Assembly: GCA_030167865.1 (NCBI GenBank)
Contig: JALAGF010003208.1
Location: forward strand, 1 to 45,952
DNA from: Craspedostauros australis
Lineage: Eukaryota
Length of the DNA stretch: 45,952 nucleotides
Direction: 5' to 3'
Shown: positions 1 through 13,057 of the stretch, in pieces
Layout: every line of letters begins with the position of its first letter
Numbering within the stretch: the stretch's first letter is position 1
Notes under the pieces: generated by a model
What the model was told of the DNA's origin: nothing
Databases searched by the model: none
Seen by the model: only the letters and a program-made list of their open reading frames with translations
Translations under genes and position numbers: made by a program

Positions 1-96
1 TGACTGGTGGGATGAGCGCCCTGTGGTGTCCACATGTGGGGCATGCAGCAGGTACATCCCGAATGCAACCAAAATGTGACGATACGACGGCTAGCA

Positions 97-171
97 NNNN
101 NNNNNNNNNNNNNNNNNNNNNNNNNNNNNNNNNNNNNNNNNNNNNNNNNNNNNNNNNNNNNNNNNNNNNNN
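97..171. other. Assembly gap (run of N)
   Basis: Continuous run of n bases in the sequence. Confidence 0.99.
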
Positions 172-840
172 CTACCAATCATGGACGACACAGCAATGAG
201 ACAACAGCACTGACGCATACGACATCGATAAGACTCATAATCTGCATCTTTACTCTTTTTCACTCTAAATCAGTTTCACGTGTGTCGTAACTTGGACACA
301 AGCACACGAACAGCACGAAACATTCCCAAGAAAGACCGATGTCGATGGGAGAAGCACAAAAACCAAAGTTGAGAGAGTTCTTCGCAACCCAATCGGGCCT
401 TTTCGTTGTGAATCGTGTTCGCCTGGTTCGCATTAAACATGATAAAGTTGCGGTGAAATGCAACAAGAGTATATTTTCAACTCGGTACACTAAACACATT
501 CAAAATATACAGTATTAATCGTATACTTACACGGTTGATTGCAAGGCAATATTTCGGACACTCTTAATCTGTTGTCGCGTTCCCACACGATTCAAGTCGG
601 TAGAACAGACAACCAAGGCGGAAGATTTCCAACCAACAACACCACGCCGTGAGAACCACATCAAAAACTCCAGCGATCTTTCGTCCCATCTCCGTTGTAT
701 CGCCTCGCGCGGGTCTCCGGTGTTGTGCACAACAACAGCAAGTTCAGCGTCGCTTTTGTTCGCGACAAAACCGGAAGGACCACGCAACGATTCCCCGATC
801 CTCGGCCTTGCATCTTCCTTGTTGCCTCTGCGCAATACTC

Positions 841-876
841 GCCACCTTGCCACCTTGCCACCTTGCCACCTTGCCA
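841..876. repeat. Tandem 8-bp repeat (GCCACCTT)x4.5 just upstream of the ATM start
   Basis: gccacctt gccacctt gccacctt gccacctt gcca, read directly; about 60 bp upstream of ATG 934. Confidence 0.9.
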
Positions 877-933
877 TTCGCCATAACGTCACCCGGTCGA
901 TGAGCCACCGGCGACTTCGCTGTGAGCAGAACA

Positions 934-3900
934 ATGAAGAGCACTCCCACGTACGACAGAATACGGAGCCTGGCAGATGCTTTGCAACACGAGACCGGCA
1001 TCAAGAAACGCCGCGAGGTTGGGAAGGGACTGCTGCACACTCTTTCCAATGACGACGTGCGGCGGAAGCTCGGGCAGGAGGCGACGCCCGTTCGTTGCAC
1101 GGAGAACGATTTGTCCATCGCGGCATCTCGATGTCACGCGCTGTCGAAGCTGTGGACCATCATCATCCTGCGTTCGATCGCTGCGGCAAAATCCATCAGC
1201 TCGAGCGGGAAGGCCAAGACCCATGTGGACGACATCACGCTGCCGTACTACCTCTTCATCCAATGCGACAAGGCGGACGATGCCTTCGACAACAGCGGGT
1301 TGGATATTCCAAAGATATCGGGCAAAACGGTCCGCAATCTCGTCAACTACAGCCTCACCATGCTGGGCAACGAGGAGGCCGATGAAATCGCCGGTCCGGA
1401 ACTGCTGCGGATGATGAACCTCGTCTGCTCCCGGCCGCGCTACGTGGGATACTTCAAGCCCGGAAAGACGATTGACGATATCCTGTCGGAAATTGTTGAA
1501 GAGCGGCTCAGCAAGCCAGACTTCGAGTCGCAAGATCCCGACAGGTACATCCTCTGCGCCAAGGTTCTGGACAGCCTCTTCAAGACCTGTCGGACGCTCG
1601 AAATTCAGCTTGCGCAGTACGCGCGACAGATCATCGAGCTGACATCGGGCTGGTGCAAGACGAAGCTGCAGAGGTCGCAGGTGACGGCGCAGTCCGACAT
1701 CATGCTGCACTTCTTCAACGTCACTTCGACCGTGATGGAGTGCCATCCGGACCATGCTGTCACCCTCATCCAGCGTCACGGCAGGGCATTTCTGAGCTAC
1801 ATCAAGCGATGCTACGGCCAAACCAACGGGATCTCCAAACACGCGTTGAATCGATACCTTTTGGCACACATGTGAGTCACACCAGAGTACATGCGGATGC
1901 GATATCATCCTATGCTGTGCAATGCTGTATTGTGCTGTTCTGTGCTACATACTTGTCAATAACAGCAAACACATCCTCCCCCCTTGCCCATTTGTTGCCG
2001 AGATCGCGGTGGTGTGCCTTCCTCTCTGCCATTTGCGTCGTCGTGCTGTTTCATCCTGCTAACCTTGGCGACGACATACTCGGACGTCATATTTGACGCC
2101 TTTCTTCTTGCTGCTATATCTGCCCCATATGGTACACACACACATACACACATCGATACTCTCATCCCTCTTCACGATGAATCACCTACTCAATTCCTGT
2201 TGATCCCACCAACTCTCCTCTCCGGTTACGTTCAACTCAGCCATGTGGCGAGAGTAGCAGGAGCACAGCAGGGATTCACGAGCAACGACTTCGGAGATCT
2301 GGCAAAGGCATCTCTCAACGCAACCAACATTGCGATATTCCTCAAGCTGGTCGTCGCGGACACGTCGAAGGTCGTCCTCACCAGCAAACCGTCAAACGAA
2401 TCTGCAATGATCAGGCGCAGCCGCAGTATGAACAAGTACATTTGGGTTCCAATGGATCAGCGCCAGCGTTGCCATTTGGAGCTCTCAGCAATTCTCTTGC
2501 AGTATGCGCAGCGCTTATTCGTCGTTGATTCAGAGTCAGTGTCAAAGGACCATGCAACAGAGAAGTTGGAAAAGTGCCTGGACGCTGTTGGCACACCTGC
2601 GTCGTTGCCAGCATCGTCACTGTCATTGGAAGAGCAGATACGCAGCCCTTGGGTGGAGATAGTGCTGAAGGATTTGTACTCGCATGCTGTCATTGGCAAT
2701 GCAGCAGATGCGAAGCCAACAAGTGGAAACACGAACGCTTCCTTTTCTCAAAGATCATACGCGGAGAGCGCCAGAGATATCTCGGAGACGCTCGAGGGTC
2801 ACCCGCTCATCGAATTCTTCTCGGGACAAACCTTACAATCCAAATACGGACCATTGACGTTGCTCCCGCTAATCACCGCGTGTGCTGAGGTGTTTCCGTC
2901 AGGAGCGTGCTGGACGACCACGACGCAAGGGCGATGGGTCATGCCACAGGGAAAAGACGGAACGAAGCATGATCCACAATATCATAGCTTTGGAGGCCCA
3001 CAGGACCTCGCAATGCTTCTGTATTTGCTTGCGCAGCTTATGGCTAGCAAGGGCGTGTCCACATCCGACCGAGATATTCAGGCATGGATCCTGGTCACTC
3101 TCGCCCATCTGGCTAAATCCTCGCGCATCCTCGCCAGCATGCGGTCAACAACCGACGATCAGCATGCGTTGGACTGTCTCCGCTCCTCCTGGGTTTTGGT
3201 CTGGCAAACAACGTTGCGCTCTGACTTGAGGTATTCCTCATATACGGCAAATCCAACGAAGGATTCGCTTGGAGATTTGGTCATCATGCTGCTCACGGAG
3301 ATCATACAGCATGGGTGCATCGAGCCGCCGTTAGCATCAAGGACAGAGCTTGGCAATACCAACAGTGGCAGTATCACCCCATGTGTATCATGGCTTTTCG
3401 ATCGTCAGGATCAGGTGTGGATGCTCCCCGTTTTCTCCAGCAGCCATCAAAGCACCTCCACGTCGTCATTGGAGTTGATTTGTGCAATCCTCAACACGAT
3501 CGGGCTGTCAGACCAAGGTGCTGACACCATCGACGCGACCTTCGAACTCGAGCTCAACGACATCAGCACGACCCATCAGCTCACGCCAGTCGGAAGGACG
3601 AACCGTCGAAGACGGCTGGTCCTGTACCTTCTCGGCAGACTTCACAACATCTTGAGCAATTCACGATACGAGTCGATGGAGAAGTACCTTGCGACCTTGA
3701 GTGGCACGATGCTTATGCTCATCTCTGGCGTATCCACCACTCAACGATCCTCGTTCTTCACAAGAACTATGCCGGTCGACACGGCGTCATCACGTAGTCT
3801 CTTTGCGCCACCAAAGTGCAAACACTTTGGTTGCCGCTTCACCCCCGATCAGCCTCCTGCTGTGAGCATGGCTTCAGGAGCGGATGCAGATTCATCGACT

Positions 3901-6900
3901 ACCTTCGATGTCCTGTGGTTCCCCGAAGATGTTTCAACGATCAACCTCCAATTGTCAGCTCATCGTAGCATAGTTCCAGAGATTGGGTCCGCCAGCTTGT
4001 CGCCGCCAGCGAAAGTTGAGGACTCGTCACACGCTCACTTCATCCCGCACGTCGAGGCTGATTTTCTCCTTCGAGTCGTCCTGGAGTACCTCGAATACCA
4101 GTCGAAGCCAATTTTTGAGCGCAACGGCGAGGATGCGCAATCAGACAACGAGTCCATGCTCTCCGGTTCAGACTCACCCCTGGGGTCGCTGCAGACAAGG
4201 TTCGCCATTTTCAAGGTCGTCCTGACTCTTTCGTTGTGCGGACGTGACGAGGTATTCCACCAAGAAATCGATTCAGTGAAAGGTGAGATTAGCTACTTTC
4301 TTCGAGAGGCGACGACGCTCATCTCCTCCGGTCGAGCGATCGGTGCAGATTTGATTTCCATCCTGAAGAACTTATGGGGCCTGATCAGCGTATCGGCAAG
4401 GCTTCCACCCCATGCAATCGATTTCTTCCGTGCCGAACTCGAAGAACTGAACACCCAATGCCAACACCTTCTCAACCAATACAGGGAGAGCCGTCGAGAC
4501 CCCAGGACTGTGGCAGATGCGTCACGAAGCTCGTCGCGAGCATCTCGCAAGACGAAAGATATGGATTTCACAGACGAATCGGACCAGAGCGATGGCTCGG
4601 ACATGGACGAAGGCAACGCATATGGCCATGGGGGAGCTTTAGATGATCCCACGAGCCCATCCGCCTTCCATGGGAGATCTGGACGACCGCAGAAACGCAA
4701 GCGTACTTCGGCCGGCATGGACGAACGGCATCTCCGCCGTCGAGTATCGACAAACGGCGCCAGCGAGAATGTCATGGCGCACAACAAAACTGGTGCCAAA
4801 TACGCCGCGTTGATTTTGCTTGGCATACAGCCGTCAGTGCAGGCGTCTGTCTTCGTTTGTGAACGGCTGCTGTGTCATGACATCGACACCGACCCAGACA
4901 GCGTCAGCGGAGATGTCGACGCCAGCATGGCTTTGTTCTGCGCGCACACCCTTTCGAACTGGAAGATTGCCCACAACCGATCAACCTGGGAAAACGAGTC
5001 GGAGCTGTCGCTCCCAATCGTCGTGTGCCGCGTTGTCGAACTGCTTTGGGCTGGGGCAGGGCCAGCATCGACGGCATACCAACACAGCATCACATTTTGC
5101 GCCCGCGCGCTGTCCCTCGCTAACGAGGCCGACAGGGTGGAAGCTGAGGATGTGAAATCGGTGATTGATATTTTGACTTCGCTGGAAGCCGATGACGAAA
5201 GGTACGGTCTCCGTCTAGCCGAAATCCAGACAGCGGGCGATGCTTTCGTGGGCGGTGGAGAGCTGTTTGCCAAACAGTTCGGCGGGACTTTCTTCGGCGA
5301 CACGCTCAAGCCAAACATCAGCGACATTTGCTCGAGCGTTCGTCGCCAGGCCTCCGCCAGCGTCGGATTGGTCATGCGCACTCTACACAGCGATCCCAAA
5401 CGACTCGAAGGCATCTTGAAGTATGCCGCCCCGGTGCTGAAGTCAACGCAGTCGAAGGATCGAGAAGATGCGGTAAAACAATGGTACGAGAGTGTTAGAA
5501 CGAACGCTGACGCTGAGGATATTGCCGTCCTCAAGTCGATCCTCGCGGACTCGCACAATGCATTTGAACATGACTCAGTGACGTTGAGGTCAATCGTTGC
5601 TGGATGTACCAACAGCCCAGAAACATCGAACGCGATCCTCCTGGAGCTCGTCGAGCTAGCATCGTCAAGACTCGAGATGAATGGTCTATGCTTCCATGCT
5701 TGTGAACGAATCGCTGGATTGCGTGGATACGCAGGAATCGAAATGCTGATGGAGAGCGAAGGGGAAGGAGTTTTGATGCAATGGATAAAGAAAGGCGAAC
5801 GCCTCGTGCACCTACCGCTCCTCCTGACAGCACCTGCGCTGCTCCGAAGGTCATTGGAGCGCCTTGTGTACGTCGGTACCAAAGCGACAACCGATGACGA
5901 CAAGTTCCAGCAAGACTTTCTCCACCTTTCACGGCGGAGCGCTGATAGATTCATCGTTCAAATGGCGCACGTTGCAGTGCCAGCTGTGTTATCCCACTTG
6001 GTGATGGCACATCCGTCAACATCAAACGCAGCCACTCACACAGACGCCAATGAAAATGAAAATGCAAACACGAGCCCAGCTACAAGCGCAGGTACAAGTG
6101 AGAGCCTGCTACAGAGCGATCTAGTGCAAGATCTGGTCTCCGTATTAGTCCCAGAAGAAAGAGGAGACGGCACAATGGGCCCGCGAAAGCAGCTATTGGA
6201 ACTCCATATCCATGACATACTTGCGCATTGCATCAGTCTATCCCGGGCTGAAGATGATCACTCCAAGCTGGTGGCCTTGAGACTGACAGCCATGGTGGAA
6301 GACCAACTCGGCAAGGACAGCATCCCCGTGTACGAGAAGGAGCATTCAAGTCTGATCGTCCGTCGGATCCTGGAATTATGCTCAAAGGCCGGGACGTATG
6401 GACACATGGGCATCAAGTTCGGAGACGTCCTGTCCAACTTCGTGCTGAAGATCAATCCGTCGGCCACGAAGCGCGGCGACATCTTCCTCGCGAGCGGCAC
6501 AAGCATCACTGAGAACCTCATCCAGGCCAATCATTGGCTCCGGCGTTCGAACAACTCAGAACATACGACGCACCGCTGGCGAGCTGTCCAGCTGATCTGC
6601 GATCTCGTGATCAGTCAGATGCAAGAGCAGAACTTCAAGGGAATCCAGCTGGGTTACATCATTCATAGACTGTTGATGATCGCGCTCGAAACGCAGCATT
6701 CTTCAATGCAGCTCACCGTCCTCAAGACTTTGCACCAACTTTTGGCGGAGGCTGAAAAAGCAATCGAGGATACTGAAGTTTGCTTGGATCTCACCAACTC
6801 CTTGCAAAAATTAGCTTGCGCCACGTACTGCATCCATCGACGCGCGCAGAAGCTGTACTTGGATTTTTGCATGGAGAAGAAGGTGAGACAGCAACGGATC

Positions 6901-9900
6901 CTTCGCGCGAGCGCAAACCTCCTCACGAACGAAGCAAAGGAGCAGGAAAACAGCGCTGATCCGTGGGGTTGGGACCAGGAAACAGAAATCACAAGAGCCA
7001 GCTCCATCACCGCCGCATTGGAGGAGTTCGGAGCAACTGCGGATCCGGCCATCATCGATGTGATGTGCTCGACATACGACATCCTGGAACTTACGACGAA
7101 GTGCGCAGAATTGGTAGATGCGGACAATGACGTCTTCATATGTGCCGCTCCACCCCAAGCCACAACGCAGGCAGAGATCGAAGCGCTCTCTGGAACGCAA
7201 GCGAAATTCTGTGCACAGCTTCTGGTGGAAGAGTTTGTCAACCAGCGCGGGTGTGACGGCGAAGTGTGGGTTTCCAACCCGAAAGATCTCGTCGTCACAA
7301 TTCTCAACGCCATGAATGGTGGGCGGTATTACGCAAAAGCATCGCACAGCGACTGCGCCTCTCGACATCGTGCGAGGAGCGCCCAGAAAACGAAGGCACA
7401 TGAACCAGTGACGACCAGCATGGAAGAAGAGATCCTCAATGCCCAACTTCGACAATTGAGAGTGATACTGCATTCTCAGCGATCAAAGGGGTCCACCATC
7501 AGAGACTTTGGACTCCAGCAGGATCAATACGAAAAGCTGTTTCGCTGCCTTTCGCGGTTGTGCGGCAAGCGTCATCCGCACCAACTTCGCGAAGTTGCTA
7601 GCCAATGTTTGGCCGAATTCGATCTCCAGGAACTATCGGAATCATCTCTTGTGATGCCAACCATATCGAAGGACTGGATCGATCGGGCTCTCACCAGCAA
7701 CTCGGTAACATCTGCGCTGGCCGAGAAGGTGCTCTTCGTACTTTGCGACTGCATTCATTCCGCCCATGCCCAAATCTGTTTGATCGCATCGAGGACCCTT
7801 CAAGCGCTGTTGAGCACCCGGCAAGGCAAGAAGATTTGGGATCAGATCAGAGACAAGCACATTCGGCGAACGTTGGAGCCGTTCCGTGGTAGTTCCAAGA
7901 AAATGTCCGCATGCAGCGGAGATGCTGGAGCTGCGACATCTGAAGTGTCTCAAAACAGCGACGGCAACGCAAGCGATTGCTGGCGCAGTGACTATTGGCG
8001 ATGTTCTGGCGGAGGAGAGCTTGATTTTGACAGATGGATATGCAAGCTCGTGACTGCCTTGATATCGTCGCTGTTCTCACCAGACACTTCATCTTCGAAA
8101 CCAACAGCCGAGATGGCATTCTTTGTGGAATGCCATGCCATTTGTGCTGTGGAGCCATCAGCTGCGAAGGCCATGTTCCCTTGCATCGTGCTAAATCTGC
8201 TTGAGCGCAAGGGTCTGAAGATCAACGTCAGAAAATGTTTGACAGAGGCATTCAAGACGGTGCTCGCAGGGGAAATCGTGGAGCACACCAGCATCACCGC
8301 CAGCCATCCGAACACGAACATGAACATGAACACAAAGAACAGCTCTGGAACGAACGACCACGCCGTTGGCTTGGCTCTCGACACGCTATTCCTCCTGCGT
8401 CGAGTCACTCAATATGCATTCTTAGCTTCAGCCAGACACCGTCGGAATCCCATGTCCATCCCCAATCGATCGTACGGAGACGCGAAGAACAAGAAGAAGG
8501 TCAACTTCAACAAAGATCTCGGGCCCGATGTAGTTTGGAACGGGGTTCCCTACGGCATCGTGCTTGGCCTGGATGGATTGCTCGTCGCCGAATCCTGCGT
8601 CCGTGTTCACCGTTACGCATCTGCCATATTTTACATCGAGATGTACATGGATTCATCTCTGGGTTTTTCGGGTGGGGTGATGGAATTCCTCTCAACCTCG
8701 TTTGTCAACCAAGCAGGGTCCCCATTCTTCAAATCGAGCGAAGACATCAGCGGTTTCGCCGCGAAGACGCAGAGGAAGACGAAGGATATGATTCCAATTG
8801 ACGAAGTTACCCGGACAGCATTGAAGATGATCCCCATCCTGGAACGGTGCTTCCGAGAGCTTGGCGATCCGGAGGCCTTGAAGGCGCTTCAGGTGCAGAA
8901 GGCATCCCTCTCCTTCCAGGAAACCAGCACATCCGTTTTCAAGCATGCGGCCAGCGTATCGGCATCACTGACGGGCCTCAAACGACTTGACGATCAATTC
9001 AACCTCGCATCCGATTCCAACACGCGATCGATGGGGATGGCGAAGACTTTGGATGCGCTTGGCCTTCACGGCTTGCAGCAGGTGTACATTGAGGGAATGT
9101 CAACGCGATCAACGTTTGTCGACAGAGTAACAGCAACGGAGAGGACGGTCTTGCGAGAAAAGTGGTTCGAGAGCAAGCTCCATTTGATGGAATGGGAGAA
9201 GTTGAAGGAAGAGCAACACGAGCAATCCCACAGCGGCATGGCCAACCTGCGCTGTCCAATTCCGATTGGCACCAACAGAACAGGCTTCTTCGAAACGCTC
9301 GTTGATGCGCAGACCGCGTTTGCCGAGAACAATGTCGCGACGTGTCTCAGCGCACTGGGCGATTGCAGACAGTGCATCTTGGACGGGTTGCAGAGTGACG
9401 GCGAAGACGAAAAACCGTTGGGGAGCCTCTTCTCCGATGCCGACAAGCTGCAATCAATCGCCGATTTCGAGCACCTGGTGACGCACGAAGATGAGCTCGG
9501 CACCATCTTCACGCTGTGGGGTGTGGATGAAACGCAGCGTGATGCTCCGTTCTCCAGCTCGACCCAAGCTGATCTCTCCAAGATCGTTGAAACAACTCAC
9601 AAGTTCACGCTGTCGCCCCATTCTGCCAATCTTCGAGAGAACTTGCTCAGGACGATGCTATCACGATACCACAGGAATATCAGCGAACACAACCCAGAAG
9701 CAGAGCTTGTTGAGCACTTGTGGGCCGTCTGCACGAACGCGAGAACGAATGGAGCAACGAGCCTTGCGGAAACCATGTTGGAACGATTAGCACCACTTCT
9801 GAGCAAAAGTCAATTCGACAGCTCGGCGATGGACGTAGACACGGTGCTGGGACATGGGAGCCCCGCTGGTGGTACAGCCGCTGCTGGTTCCACCATGGCT

Positions 9901-12784
9901 TTACAAACGACCTTCCTACTCCGCATGGAAGAAGCCCGGGTCCTGGAGAGCCGGGGTGAATTCGGCACGGCCACTCGACAGATGCAGCAGGTGATCAACT
10001 TCCTCCAAAACTCCGCCGGATCTCTCGAGAGCGATCTCGAGGCGGGAAACGACGCCATGCACACAATCCTCGCTGACGCCCAGATCCTTTGTGGCTGCTG
10101 GTTGAAGACGTACAAAGTTGATCAGGCGAAGGACATTCTGCATCGGTATTTGCAACCAGGTGCCAGCGTCGCGATGTCCCTCTATGAAGCCGATGCGAAC
10201 AGTCGCAACGCTGAGAGGGTCACGAATGCCTTCCTGGCTCTCGCCGAAGTGGCAGCGAGTCTGTATGACGATGTCAACGACCGCACAAATAGCAGCGAAT
10301 GGATGAAGACAGGGAGCGACATCTCCACGCAGTACAGCGAGCTGAAGGAGTGCCTTCCGATGATGGAAGCTATGCAGGAAAAGTACAAAAAACTGAAAGC
10401 GAGGGGTGCGTCAACGACCGCAATCGAAACAGAGTACCGCGAGTTGGAGATCTACTTTCACACGACGAAACGTGAACTTGACAGAGCCTCCGCTGAAAGA
10501 AAGGCGATCGAAAAGTCCGTTGGGTCACACCTGAAGGTTGCCGTCGAGAGCTTCATAGCCGCTCTGTCGTACAGTGATACCAGCACGAGGGAGGACATGT
10601 CGAAGCACGTCTTCAGGTTGATATCGCTGTGGTTCTCCGCAAGCGAAAACATCACAACGGCGGACCAGGGCATTGACTCGGTAATGGCTGATGGGTGCGA
10701 ACGCATTCCGAGCTTTCGTTTCGTCACGTTGACAAATCAGCTGTTCTCGCGAATAGAGTCGATTGGCGATGGCAGCAAAGATGGCTTCCAGCCCGTTCTG
10801 CAAAGCTTCGTGACAAAGATGTGCTCCGATCACCCATACCACTGCCTCACACACCTGGTCGCGCTGGCAAACGGAAAGAATGTCGGCAGCGGGGTGAGCG
10901 GGAGGAATGTGAAGGATTACCTGGAAAATGTCGGTGATTCGAAAATCAACGCAGCGACCGATTTGCTGCAGCATCTGAAGAAGGAAGGATCTGCGTTCGT
11001 CGGCGGTCTCGTGGATAGCCACAAGACTCTTTGCAACGCCTACATCCACTTGGCCCATGCGCCGACCGATGCTTTCCACAAGACCAAAACGAAGGATATC
11101 CCCTTTGCGAAGGTGTGTGCGTCGTCCAACATAAACCTGTCCCTGTGCCTGGGAACTCCACGGCGTCAGAAATTCGAATTTCCGCCATGCATCATGACGT
11201 CGCCGCCTCCTGTGCAACCTTCTGCGGACTACGGCGACGGCACGGATGATCCGATCGGTGGCGAGCGCATTCATGGGTTCAACTCAACCTTCAGCGTCAC
11301 CGAGACCGGCCTCCATCGACCCAAGATCGTCACCTGTATTGGTTCCAAGGCGAACAGTTACAGGCAACTTGTGAAGGGGGAGGACGAGATACGTCAGGAC
11401 GCAGTCATGAGTCAGGTCTTCGAATTCGTCAACAACCTCATGAATCGTCACACCAGGACCTCTCCCACTGATGGACAAGCGAAGGCTCCAGTTCAAAGTG
11501 GCTTTGCCATGCCTCGCAAGCGTCTTCGACTTGTCACGTACAACATCATCCCATTGAGCCCAGCGAGTGGAGTAAGTTGGTGTTTCTTGTTGTCGCAAGT
11601 CCTGTTGTTGCGAGTCCCGTTCGTGATGACGATCGCGGCACCAAGAGACATTGCTACTTGTTCCATGCTTGTATTCTCACCTGATCTGTTTTCTTTGCCC
11701 CCGGTCTTGGGAGTTTCTACTCGCACCATTCCATGCCAATTCTAATGCTTCTGATACCGATGGTGTTCTTTCTTCCGCTGATGTTTCTTGTTGTTATCAC
11801 GACGCCCATGTGATTCCAACGCCCCTCTTTGATTATTATCACAAGGTGCTTGAATGGGTGGAAGACACGATGGCATTTGGAGAGTACATGATGGACAAAC
11901 GATCTCGGGGAAGCGACGGCAAGGTGTACTACAAGCCAGCAGCGCATTCCAAGTACTACCCTGGCGAGTGGGGAAATACGTTGTGCAGACTTCACATGAC
12001 GCATTCTCCGCCGAATGAAAAGCGAGAGTCGTTTGATGCCGTGTGCAAACACCACTCTCCGGTGTTCCGCTTCTTCTTCGTGGAACGATTCGGCCATTCC
12101 ATGCAGGCGTGGCACGCCGCCAAGCGAGAGTACACGAGATCTGTCGCAGTGAACAGCATCGTTGGTCATATCCTTGGGATTGGCGATCGCCACACCAGCA
12201 ATATCCTCGTCCATCAAAAGACCGGCGAGGTGGTCCACATCGATTTCGGGATCGTGTTCGATCAAGGCAAGCTGCTAAACATCCCGGAGAAGATACCCTT
12301 CCGACTGACAAGGAATGTAATCGACGGCATGGGACCGTGTGGGACGGAGGGGACGTTCAACGTGGCAGCTCAGGAAACGGCGCTTGTTTTGCGCGAGAAT
12401 GCAAACGCCCTCCTCACCATTCTATCTGCCATCGTTGCCGACCCGCTTTACAAATGGAGCGTGAGCCCCGTGAAGGCTCGCACGATGCAGATGGCAAACG
12501 ATAAGGACGCGGACGATGATATTGACGGCAGCGACAAGGCCCGTGTCATGAAGGATGTCGGGAAGAAGAACAGCAAGAATGCAGCTGCTGCTCAAACCAA
12601 AGAGGATCACAACAAGGCGGCGTCGCAGGCGATCACAAAGATCCATGAAAAGTTGCAAGGATACGAAGACGGCACCTCCGGCGAGCAGCAAAGCATCGAA
12701 GGTCAAGTGCAGCTGCTCATCAACTCCGCGCGCGATCCAGACAACCTCTCCACTTTGTTCCCAGGGTGGGCGCCGTGGATCTAA
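934..12784 (+). CDS. ATM: Serine/threonine-protein kinase ATM (PIKK family), ~3,735 aa, 3 exons: 934-1871, 2241-11571, 11846-12784
   Basis: Kinase motifs QLVKGEDEIRQDAVMSQVF, YTRSVAVNSIVGHILGIGDRHTSNIL, VVHIDFG and PEKIPFRLTR, and the FATC end SIEGQVQLLINSARDPDNLSTLFPGWAPWI, all closely resemble ATM/Tel1. The N-terminus LADALQHETGIKKRREV resembles the TAN motif. Introns 1872-2240 (GTGAGT...CAG, phase 2) and 11572-11845 (GTAAGT...AAG, phase 0) join three ORFs in frame and rebuild PASG|VLEWV. Confidence 0.95.
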
Positions 12785-13057
12785 AGCTTCCATGTGGATG
12801 TTGGTGTAGTATTCTTTTTGTCAACGTCTTGCACTTGTGCCAGTGGTAGACGAATGCACGTACTAATATTGTGATGATGCATTTCATTGTACGCTATGGC
12901 ACTTCAATATGTTTCCTTGAGTGTCTCTATCTATGGTATGATGCCCCATCCTGCATCTTTCACTCTACCACACCCGTCGCATACGTACTCTAGAACGGGT
13001 ACGAGTATTTGTATGAGCACGAATGTGGGAGTTGGCATGGACGAACCAACCACCCAA

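Noticed and set aside
841..876. Possible telomeric or CRISPR-like repeat
   Set aside because: The unit GCCACCTT is not a telomere motif I recognise, and there are no spacers.
922..1875. Separate 317-aa gene upstream of the 3253-aa ORF
   Set aside because: A canonical phase-2 intron joins it in frame to the ATM body, and it carries the TAN-like N-terminus.
889..1908. 339-aa minus-strand ORF and other long antisense ORFs (4875-5954, 10525-11274, 17952-18791, 21757-22785, 34516-35250, 43267-44010)
   Set aside because: They lie opposite well-supported genes and have no recognisable domains.
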